Shown here piece by piece: positions 1 through 9,223 of a DNA stretch of 64,000 nt. The stretch is from the NCBI GenBank assembly GCA_043228905.1, contig JBHGNT010000010.1:10788001-10852000 (forward strand). The letters run 5' to 3'. The position numbers and the translations under genes were made by a program. How positions within the stretch are numbered: position 1 is the first letter of the stretch; the number at the start of each line of letters is the position of its first letter. The stretch is from Azolla caroliniana (Eukaryota; Plantae; Polypodiophyta). The notes beneath the pieces were generated by a model, which was not told where the DNA came from, did not search any database, and saw only the letters and a program-made list of their open reading frames with translations.

Positions 1-411
1 CATCCACATTGCCGAACTTGAGGGGGAGTACTATGAGCAACACACGCACTATACGCAATTGATCGAGTATGCAATGATACGTGAGTATGCAACACGTAGT
101 TAATCAAACCGAGCACGAAGCCGAAAGGCCGAACAATCCAATTCAAGGATTACGAACATCGGAAGCCGGATTCCGAAGACCGAACCGACAGATGGAAGTT
201 GTGTTCAAAGGGGCGTGTTGAGAGTCGAACTCAACTTCCCATAGTAATAGGTTTCACACTAGCTCATGGTTATACCATGCCAGTTTTGTAAATAGTAGAA
301 AGGGCACCTGCCCTAGTTTAGTTAGTATTTAAACCAACCCCTTGTAACTTAGTTACTGTTGGAGGTATTTTGGTTAATGTAACATACAATCGTTTCTCTC
401 TCTCTCTCTCT
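1..411 (+). mobile_element. 3' end of a Ty1/Copia element (Copia-0): end of RNase H, PPT and first part of the 3' LTR (from 216)
   Basis: Window starts with ...STLPNLRGS (cf. LDVPNLR at the RNase H end of Copia-4). Purine tract at 207-215 is followed by TGTTGAGAGTCGAACTCAAC at 216, resembling the LTR starts of Copia-3 and Copia-4. (CT)n at 395-411. Confidence 0.6.
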
Positions 412-625
412 AGTAACGTCTCTTTCTACCGTTGTCGTCGTCGTCTGTTGTCGTCACCTGTTGCCATTGTTGCCGTCACCGTTGTCGTAGTTCTTGGTCG
501 TCGCTGCTGCCGCCGCCGTTGTCGTGTGTAGTCGTTGGCACTGTCATCGTTGTCCATCCCCACTATCACCTACGCTTCTGACGACGTAATCGGCTGAAGC
601 ATACATGTCCTTCTAGACTCGAACC

Positions 626-1310
626 TGTTGGGATTTCGGTCCCTCCGGATGGGATGTCCGGAGATGAATGACGGCAAGCCCGGTTGCGGTTACGGAACCG
701 GATGATGAAGAGTACCCGGCATGAAGCCGGATGAAGAGTACCCGGCTACGGATCCGGATGATGAAGACCCCGGCTACGGAGCCGAATGCTGAAGACCCCG
801 GCTACGGAGCCGGATGACGAATGTACCCGGAGAGAGATCCGGATGCGGGGACATATTTGTGAATATGTTTTCCAAGAGCCCTTTGAGGCTATATTTGTAA
901 ATAGTCCGAAAGTCATATGTGTATAAATATGACTTAGGGCAAACTGTTTAGTGCTGCTGGCTGTATGTTGTTGTCTATTGTGTATTGCCACTCTTATGTG
1001 TGCAAGAGTGAAGAGAGCAGTCGAGAGAGAGAGAGTGAGAGAGAGACGAAGAGGTCGTTGCCTCTGTGTATTACCGCCGCCTGTGGCGAAGACAGTGAGC
1101 TCAAGGTTGTTGCCTTGTAGCTTCACCATTGTACATCTCTGTTTATAGTGATAGTTGGAGTCTGAGGACTCCCGTGGTTTTTCCCATTTAGGGTTTTCCA
1201 CGTAAAACATCCTGTGTACTCTTCTCTCTATTGTCCTCGTGCATTTTGTATTTCCTGTTTTCTGTGAGTTGATCCTATTCCTCGGTTGTGGCCGAGCACT
1301 GTGAACGACA
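626..1310 (+). repeat. Copia-1 5' LTR (685 bp)
   Basis: Near-identical to 5426-6084 apart from about five substitutions and an extra 26-bp repeat unit at 721-746. Confidence 0.97.
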
Positions 1311-1313
1311 AAG

Positions 1314-1325
1314 TGGTATCAGAGC
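1314..1325 (+). promoter_or_regulatory. Primer binding site (tRNA-iMet) of Copia-1
   Basis: TGGTATCAGAGC, 3 nt after the LTR end. Confidence 0.95.
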
Positions 1326-1341
1326 GACGGTAACACAGAAA

Positions 1342-4300
1342 ATGGAAGGCGGCGGTAGTGGGCCTCCGGGCATGATGGTGTTGAACTCACAGAACTACGC
1401 CGACTGGAAGATAAAGATGGAAGACCTTCTCATCGTCCGAGACCTGTACGAACCGATCGACAATGCCGAGATACCCAAGGGAGTAATAGAGTCGGAGTGG
1501 AAGCTCCTGAACCGGAAAGCCGTAGCGACGATCCGGCAATATGTCGATGTAAGTGTCCTGCAACATGTGGCGAATGGTACGAACGCCTATGAGATGTGGC
1601 AGAAGCTGTCCGAACTGTATGAGAGGAAGAATGCTCTGACCCGGACCTCCCTGATGAGGAAGATAGTGAATCTTAAGTACCGGGACGGCGAGAGCATGGT
1701 CGAACACGTCAGCACGTTCATGGGATTCGTGAACCAGCTTGCGGCGATCAAGTTCCCGTTGGATGACGCAATGCAAGCCATCATGCTGATGTGTACCCTT
1801 CCGGAGAGCTGGGAGAACTTGGTAGTTACTCTCAGCACCTCCTGTAAGGAAGAGAACTTGTCTTTACTAACGGTAAAGACAAGTATTCTAAATGAAGAAG
1901 CGCGTCGGAGAGATAAAGAACCGGTCTCCGACTCGAAGGCGCTGCTTACCGAATCGGAACGGGGAAGACAACGGAACCGGAGTCCGCAAAGACGGGAGAA
2001 GTCGGGGACACGGTCGCAGTCGAGGGGAAGACCTACATGCTTCTACTGTGGGAAGCCGGGGCACTTCCAGAAGAACTGTTGGCATTTCTGGAAAGACAAC
2101 GGAACCGACGGTACCGATTCGAAGAAGTCACCGGAGCGAAACGGTGCATACCGGGGAGCCGCGGACCGGAGAGGTCCGGATCGGCGAGGGCAGGACCAGA
2201 AAGGAACGACGGCACTCGCGGCAAGTGAAGAAGAGATAATGCTCATTACCGAAGAGAGGGAGCTGAACCTTGCCGGTGAAGAGATGACCTGGGTGGTCGA
2301 TTCCGGAGCGTCGTTCCACCTGACCCCGGAGAAGAAATACTTCTCATCCTACACAGCCGGTGAGCACGGCTGTGTCCGGATGGGAAATGAAGGTACATGC
2401 CGGATTGCCGGCATAGGAGACGTGTGGCTGATGACATCAACCGGATGCAAGATGCTGCTGAAGGATGTCCGACACGTTCCGGAGGTTCGATTGAACCTGA
2501 TTTCGGCCGGCAGGCTAGACGATGAAGGCTACACGGGTAGCATCCGGAACGGTGTCATGAAGTTCAGCAAAGGGAGCCTGATAGTGGCTCGGGCCCGGAA
2601 GGTCAACACACTGTACCTGATGAATTCCCCGCTATGTCTGGAGGAGCTGAACGTGGCAGCTGACAGTACCGGTGAGCTGTGGCACAAGAGACTGTGCCAC
2701 ATGAGTGTGAAGGGGATGAAGAGGCTTGCAGAAGACAACCTTATTCCAGTGAAGCATGTGCACCTGGAGAAGTGCACCGATTGCCTGGCCGGTAAGCAGA
2801 ACCGAACCTCATTCCATTCAAGGCCACCGACGAGACGTAGCGCACCATTGGAGTTGGTGCACACTGACGTGTGTCAAGTAGAAACGAAGTCACATGGCGG
2901 AGCCCAGTACTTCGTGACATTCATTGATGACCACAGCCGGAAGCTGTGGACGGCACCGTTGAAGACAAAGGACCAAGTATTGTCCGTCTTCAAAGAACTC
3001 CACGCGAGAGTGGAAAGAGAATCCGGCAAGAAGCTGAAAGCGATACGAGCGGATAACGGAGGGGAATACCGGGGGCAGTTCGAGGAGTATTGCCGTTCGA
3101 TGGGAATCCGGCTCGAGTTTACTGTGCCGAAGACGCCGGAACTGAACGGGCTGGCCGAGAGGATGAATCGGACCATAATGGAGAGGGTCCGGAGTATGCT
3201 GGCGCATGCGAAATTACCCAAGGGGTTTTGGGCTGAGGCAATGTCGACGGCGACATACGTGATAAACAGATCACCCTCAGTACCTTTGGACGGAGACACG
3301 CCGCAGAGAGTGTGGACCGGTAGGGAAGTATCCTACCGGCATCTGAAGGTGTTCGGGTGTCTCACATACGTGCATGTGGCAAAGGACCGGAGAGGAAAGT
3401 TAGATCCAAAGACCCGGCCATGCATATTCCTCGGTTACGGCGACGACGAGTTCGGCTACCGAGTATGGGACCCGGTCGACAAAAAGATATTCCGGAGTCG
3501 TGATATCATCTTCATGGAGGACAAGACACTCACCGACTGGGAGTCGGAGAAGAAGATGAAGAGCTCCAAGTCGACCGGTGAGGATCAACTCTACGAGGAG
3601 CAGTCCCGACCGGCAAGGAACCGGTTAGCACTCGAGGATCCGGCCGAAGACGGTGAAGAAACAGAACCGGCCGAGGAAGATGAAACTGATACCGGAACCG
3701 GCCCCGATCCCGAAATGGATTCGGATGAACAGGAAACGGAGGAGCCGGTTACCGAAGCTCCGGAACGGAGATATCCTCTAAGAGAGAGAAGGGCCCCCCG
3801 GAGATTTCCGGAACCAGAGCACGTGCTGCTAACCGACGAGGGGGAGCCAGAGAGTTTTGAAGAAGCAAAACTTGACACCCATAGCCGCAGGTGGTTAAGT
3901 GCCATGCAGGAGGAGATGGATTCCCTGCATGAGAACCACATATATGAACTTGTGGAGTTGCCGAAAGGAAAGCGGGCACTTCGAAACAAGTGGGTGTTCA
4001 AGCTGAAACCGGGAGATGCCGGAAACCCCCCGAGATACAAATCCAGGATCGTGGTGAAGGGGTTCCATCAGAAGAAGGGGGTCGACTTCGACGAGATATT
4101 TGCCCCGGTAGTGAAGATGACCTCCATCCGGACGGTGCTGAGCATAGCGGCAAGCATGGACCTCGAGGTAGAACAGATGGACGTGAAGACGGCATTCCTT
4201 CACGGTGACCTCGAAGAAGAGATCTACATGCAGCAACCGGAAGGATTCGAGAAGAAAGGGAAGGAGCACCTGGTGTGCCGGTTGAAGAAGAGCCTTTACG

Positions 4301-5415
4301 GACTGAAGCAGGCTCCCCGGCAGTGGTACCGGAAGTTCGACTCTTTCATGACCGTCAAAGGGTACCACAAAACGCAGTCCGATCACTGCGTGTTTGTGAA
4401 GAAGTTCGAAGGAGGAGACTTTCTAATACTCCTCCTGTACGTGGACGACATGTTGATCGTCGGACGGGACCAGGCCAAGATACGGATGCTGAAGAAAGCG
4501 CTTCACCGAACTTTCTCAATGAAGGACCTGGGTCCAGCGAGGCAAATACTAGGGATGCACATCATCCGGGACCGGAAGAAGAAGCAGTTGTGGCTGTCAC
4601 AGGAGAAGTACGTGACAAAGGTGCTTCACCAGTTCAACATGTCGGAAGCAAGACCGGTCGGGTCAACCCTCCCGGCAAACTGCAAGTTGTCCAGCAAGCA
4701 AAGCCCCAAGACAAAGGCTGAGAAGGAGGACATGATGAAAGTACCATATGCCTCTGCCTTCGGAAGCTTGATGTACGCAATGGTGTGTACAAGACCGGAC
4801 ATAGGATATGCAATCGGAGTGGTGAGCCGGTACATGAGCAATCCCGGCAAAGAGCACTGGAACGCGGCCAAGTGGATACTCCGATACCTGAAGGGCACGG
4901 CAAACGTGTGCCTCCGATTCGGCTCCGGTAAGGCCGAACTCGACGGCTTTACCGATTCGGATATGTCGGCTGATGCAGATACCAGCCGGTCCACATCAGG
5001 GTATGTGATGACGTATGCAGGGGGAGCTGTTTCGTGGCAGTCGAGGCTGCAGAAGACGGTTGCGTTGTCAACCACGGAGGCGGAGTACATGGCGGCTGTT
5101 GAAGCCGGCAAGGAAATAATATGGATGAAGGACTTCATTAGAGAGCTCGGTATCCGGCAGGAGGAGTACCGACTCTACTGCGATAGTCAGAGTGCCATCC
5201 ACCTTGCGAAGAACGCGGCCTACCATTCCCGGACGAAACACATCCAGCGTAGATACCACTGGATCCGGGAAAGGATAGAAGACAAGGAGTTCGTGCTGAC
5301 GAAGATCCACACGGACGAGAACGGGTCGGATATGCTGACCAAGGTGCTCACACCCGACAAGCTGGAAGCATGCCGAAAGAGGATCGGATTGGAGAGACAT
5401 CCCATGCCGAAGTGA
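1342..5415 (+). CDS. Copia gag-pol polyprotein (Gag, CCHC knuckle, protease, integrase, RT, RNase H)
   Basis: CFYCGKPGHFQKNC; [10 protein letters not shown]; [12 protein letters not shown]; VHTDV..ADNGGEY..NGLAER; [23 protein letters not shown]; TDSD..AEY..CDSQSA. First ATG after the PBS is at 1342. Confidence 0.97.
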   Translation: MEGGGSGPPGMMVLNSQNYADWKIKMEDLLIVRDLYEPIDNAEIPKGVIESEWKLLNRKAVATIRQYVDVSVLQHVANGTNAYEMWQKLSELYERKNALTRTSLMRKIVNLKYRDGESMVEHVSTFMGFVNQLAAIKFPLDDAMQAIMLMCTLPESWENLVVTLSTSCKEENLSLLTVKTSILNEEARRRDKEPVSDSKALLTESERGRQRNRSPQRREKSGTRSQSRGRPTCFYCGKPGHFQKNCWHFWKDNGTDGTDSKKSPERNGAYRGAADRRGPDRRGQDQKGTTALAASEEEIMLITEERELNLAGEEMTWVVDSGASFHLTPEKKYFSSYTAGEHGCVRMGNEGTCRIAGIGDVWLMTSTGCKMLLKDVRHVPEVRLNLISAGRLDDEGYTGSIRNGVMKFSKGSLIVARARKVNTLYLMNSPLCLEELNVAADSTGELWHKRLCHMSVKGMKRLAEDNLIPVKHVHLEKCTDCLAGKQNRTSFHSRPPTRRSAPLELVHTDVCQVETKSHGGAQYFVTFIDDHSRKLWTAPLKTKDQVLSVFKELHARVERESGKKLKAIRADNGGEYRGQFEEYCRSMGIRLEFTVPKTPELNGLAERMNRTIMERVRSMLAHAKLPKGFWAEAMSTATYVINRSPSVPLDGDTPQRVWTGREVSYRHLKVFGCLTYVHVAKDRRGKLDPKTRPCIFLGYGDDEFGYRVWDPVDKKIFRSRDIIFMEDKTLTDWESEKKMKSSKSTGEDQLYEEQSRPARNRLALEDPAEDGEETEPAEEDETDTGTGPDPEMDSDEQETEEPVTEAPERRYPLRERRAPRRFPEPEHVLLTDEGEPESFEEAKLDTHSRRWLSAMQEEMDSLHENHIYELVELPKGKRALRNKWVFKLKPGDAGNPPRYKSRIVVKGFHQKKGVDFDEIFAPVVKMTSIRTVLSIAASMDLEVEQMDVKTAFLHGDLEEEIYMQQPEGFEKKGKEHLVCRLKKSLYGLKQAPRQWYRKFDSFMTVKGYHKTQSDHCVFVKKFEGGDFLILLLYVDDMLIVGRDQAKIRMLKKALHRTFSMKDLGPARQILGMHIIRDRKKKQLWLSQEKYVTKVLHQFNMSEARPVGSTLPANCKLSSKQSPKTKAEKEDMMKVPYASAFGSLMYAMVCTRPDIGYAIGVVSRYMSNPGKEHWNAAKWILRYLKGTANVCLRFGSGKAELDGFTDSDMSADADTSRSTSGYVMTYAGGAVSWQSRLQKTVALSTTEAEYMAAVEAGKEIIWMKDFIRELGIRQEEYRLYCDSQSAIHLAKNAAYHSRTKHIQRRYHWIRERIEDKEFVLTKIHTDENGSDMLTKVLTPDKLEACRKRIGLERHPMPK

Positions 5416-5425
5416 AGGGGGAGTT

Positions 5426-6084
5426 TGTTGGGATTTCAGTCCCTCCGGATGGGATGTCCGGAGATGAATGACGGCAAGCCCGGTTGCGGTTACGGAACCG
5501 GATGATGAAGAGTACCCGGCTACGGATCCGGATGATGAAGACCCCGGCTACGGAGCCGAATGCTGAAGAACCCGGCTACGGAGCCGGATGACGAATGTAC
5601 CCGGAGAGAGATCCGGATGCGGGGACATATTTGTGAATATGTTTTCCAAGAGCCCTTTGAGGCTATATTTGTAAATAGTCCGAAAGTCATATGTGTATAA
5701 ATATGACTTAGGGCAAACTGTTTAGTGCTGCTGGCTGTATGTTGTTGTCTATTGTGTATTGCCACTCTTATGTGTGCAAGAGTGAAGAGAGCAGTCGAGA
5801 GAGAGAGAGTGAGAGAGAGACGAAGAGGTTGTTGCCTCTGTGTATTACCGCCGCCTGTGGCGAAGACAGTGAGCTCAAGGTTGTTGCCTTGTAGCTTCAC
5901 CATTGTACATCTTTGTTTATAGTGATAGTTGGAGTCTGAGGACTCCCGTGGTTTTTCCCATTTAGGGTTTTCCACGTAAAACATCTTGTGTACTCTTCTC
6001 TCTATTGTCCTCGTGCATTTTGTATTTCCTGTTTTCTGTGAGTTGATCCTATTCCTCGGTTGTGGCCGAGCACTGTGAACGACA
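5426..6084 (+). repeat. Copia-1 3' LTR (659 bp)
   Basis: Follows the PPT; direct repeat of 626-1310. Confidence 0.97.
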
Positions 6085-6169
6085 GAACCTAGCGTGGAAG
6101 GCATCGATGCTCGGCTAAGTTTTTTCTATCCTCTTTGTCTTTTCTTTCTTTTATCTTTTGATTTACAAC

Positions 6170-6960
6170 ATGACTTCTAAACGAAACCATAAGGAAACAC
6201 ACGAAGAAATTATAAGTAAGGAAGAATTTTTAGATGTCCTTAACTGTTTAGTTAAACTAGAAAAATGGGCAAAAGAGATTGAAGCTAAAAAACAAAAAGA
6301 TAAGGAAGAAAAAGAAGTGCTTCTTGCTGAAATAACAAAACTTAAAGTAGACAACACGAACCTTCAGAAACAAGTTAAGGATCTTGAGACATCTAGGGAA
6401 GATGGTGAAATATCTTCCCTAGAGGATATTAAGGACGAGATCAAAAAGGTTAAGCAAGAGGTTAAAAGCGATATGGAATTAGCAAAAAGTGGGTGGGTTG
6501 ATGTAGTAAAACGTAATATTAAAAAGGAACTAAACGATGAAAATATTGTAAACACTACCCTTGAGAGGAAAAAATGCGTCAAGTTCAATCCCTAAATATA
6601 CGAGTTACTAGGCTCAAGGAAGGGGCATCTCCTGACGAAGATGCACAAACATTAGGGAAAATGTTGGGGTACAAAGCCCTACCAATCACTAAAACTTGGA
6701 GGGTAGGACGTGACACCACTAGGAAAAGAGCTTTGGTCCTTCAGTTTAAGGACTCAGAATCTACAATCGCATTTTTTAAAAAGAGACCAATTCTTCGAGG
6801 ATTGGGCAAGGACCCTATCTGCCTCGATGAAGACCTGACCAAGATGCAAATTGAGCATCATAAAACTTGTATGCCATGAGTCATACAAGCTCGTACAGAG
6901 GGGCATCGTGCTTTTTATCGAGACAGACGTGTCATAATAAATGATCGCGCCGCCAATTGA
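6170..6960 (+). pseudogene. LINE ORF1 (coiled coil followed by an RRM-like region), frameshifted with an internal stop
   Basis: Heptad-rich MTSKRNHKE..., then NIRVTRLKEG..TWRVGR..RALVLQF..ICLDEDLT, typical of LINE ORF1. Lies directly upstream of the endonuclease. Confidence 0.7.
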
Positions 6961-6996
6961 CGGCGTGTGGCCCATGTTACAGACAATAAACTTAGT

Positions 6997-8564
6997 ATGA
7001 CTTTATGGAACTGTAACGGTGCACTTTGGACACACCCTGGCCATCTAGAGGAGATTTTGAAGGTATCTGACATACTTTTTTTTAGTAGAAACACATCAGA
7101 GCCCAAATCGAGGACTGCCACGAGTTGACGGTTTTCGTTAGGAATCTGTCTTTAGACAAACCTCACATCGACATACTACTAGAGTGTCTGGAGGGGTTGC
7201 GATACTATTTCAGAGAGAGATACATAATAGGATAGAAATACTAAAGAAAGACCCAGAAGCGCGTTTTATGTGGGTGAAAGTCCTCACTAGCAAGGACCAG
7301 GCGATATTTATCGTCGTGTGTTACTTTCCCCCGAAAGGATCCCGGTATAATATGGCTGGAGAGGCAAGTATAGTTGATGAAGGAATGCCGCATGGGCCTT
7401 CTCCATACGAACCTTTATCGGATGACATAATCCGATATTCTTCTCAAGGGGAAGTCTTCCCTGTAGGAGATTTCAATGCGAGAACCCAATCCCGACAATG
7501 CACAATATTTCAAATGGATAGAAACCTCGAAATGGTGAATGTCAACCCTTTAGACTTAGACATAACGCGTACATCAAAGGATCAAGGTGTGGACGCCACA
7601 AGCTTTGGCCATCATCTGCTTGAACTTGGAAGCCGACGCTAGATGATCATATATAATGGCTTAGCCAAGTGGCCGGGCTCGGAAGCGCTCACATGTTTCC
7701 CACATGGAGGAGGGGAAAGCACAGTTGATTACCTAATAGGACGCCCTGAAGCTACCCACATGGTTAACTCCTTCCAGGTGGCCCCATGCCCCATTGGTGC
7801 AGACCATAGCTTCCTATACTTTGAGCTAAAATGTGATACCTCCCATGCCACCAACTCTAGTCAACCAAACCATCACACCATAATACATTTCATGCATGAG
7901 CTCGCTCACATCTACTCTCGACATGTTCAAGCCCATCTCTCCTCTTTTGATTCTTCCTTGCCTTTAGAGAACCTCACTACAGAACTTGCACACACCCTTC
8001 ACTCGGCAGCAATTAGTAGCTTCCCATACACAAAACACTCCAATCATAGTAGAATAGGGTCTATGCCACAGAACAAGTGGTATTACGAGGATTATAGAGA
8101 GTTGTATAGACAACTTAAAGTGTCGCGACTTAGTGGTAATATTTCCTCAATACAGGCTCGAAAAGAGATGCACAAGATGACACGTCGTAAAAGACGAGCT
8201 TGGGAAGCATCCCAATATTGGGAACTCTACCATATGCTCATGAGTAGGGATTGCGCCCTTGCATGGAAGAGACTACGGAAACCGCGACCACGAACACCCA
8301 TCGAGGATCCTAATATTTGGCACACATATATATCGAGAGACTCTACCATGTCCCGAACCAACCACCCATCCCAATGTCTTCCACACCCTGACCTAAAATG
8401 GGGACACTTTTCACGACATCTAGGTTCACGAAGGTCATAAAAAAATTACAACATAGGAAATCTATGTACCACACAAAATTGCGAGCTGAGCACATCATAT
8501 ATGCTCAAGAGTGCCTAGCCCCCTTTCTCACTCTAATCTTCAACTGTGCCCTCGTCGAGGGTTT
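6997..8564 (+). pseudogene. LINE ORF2 N-terminal part (AP endonuclease and linker)
   Basis: MTLWNCNG, SGGVAILF, VGDFNART, STVDY and ADH motifs, with stops and frameshifts. Confidence 0.88.
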
Positions 8565-9213
8565 TGTCGAGAATCAACGCTCCGATTCGCCTTCACCGCT
8601 CGGCCACAACCGAGCAATCACGAATCAATGCAGCAGAAAAATAGGAAACACAGAGAAAGACACGATAACACACGGATTAACGTGGAAAACCCTATACGGG
8701 AAAAACCACGGGAGTGCAAGACTCCAAACTATCACTATACGCGGGAATGTACAATGGCGAGCTGCAAGGCGACGACCTTGAGCTCGCTGTCCTCGCCACA
8801 GGCGGCGGTAATACACAGAGGCAACGACCTCCTCGTCTCTCTCTCTCTCTCTCTCGGCTGCTCTCTTCACTCTCTCTAAGTGAAAAAACAGAAAATGAGC
8901 AACAACAGCAGCAGCAATAAACTGTTTGCCCTAAGTCATATTTATACACATATGACTTTCGGGCTATTTACAAATGTAGCCTCAAGGGCCCTTGGCAAAC
9001 ATATACACAGATATGTTCCCGCATCCGTATCTCTCTCCGGGTACATACGTCATCCGGCTCCGTAACCGGGGTCTTCAGCATCCGGCTCCGTAACCGGGTA
9101 CTCTTCATCCGGCTTCATGCCGGGTACTCTTCATCCTACGGTTCCGTAACAGCCTCCGGGCTTGCCGTCATTCATCTCCGGACATCCCATCCGGAGGGAC
9201 CGAAATCCCAACA
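8565..9213 (-). repeat. Copia-2 3' LTR (649 bp)
   Basis: Direct repeat of 13649-14325. Confidence 0.96.
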
Positions 9214-9223
9214 AACTCCCCCT

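Larger units (their letters stand above)
626..6084 (+). mobile_element. Intact Ty1/Copia LTR retrotransposon (Copia-1, Tnt1/Tork-like)
   Basis: TG..CA LTRs at 626-1310 and 5426-6084. TSD GAACC at 621-625 and 6085-6089. PBS TGGTATCAGAGC at 1314-1325. PPT ~5414-5423. Uninterrupted polyprotein. Confidence 0.98.

Noticed and set aside
695-825. Short repeats with variable spacers resembling a CRISPR array
   Set aside because: These are degenerate 26-29 bp tandem units inside a Copia LTR, with no unique spacers and no cas genes, in a eukaryotic context.
746-1210. ORFs inside LTRs (also 5520-6104, 8625-9065, 13709-14149, 14396-14722, 19352-19678)
   Set aside because: They recur only because the LTRs are duplicated, cross microsatellites, and show no domain signature.
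1387-5405. Numerous antisense and alternate-frame ORFs over retroelement pol genes
   Set aside because: Expected shadows of GC-rich coding sequence, with no motifs of their own.
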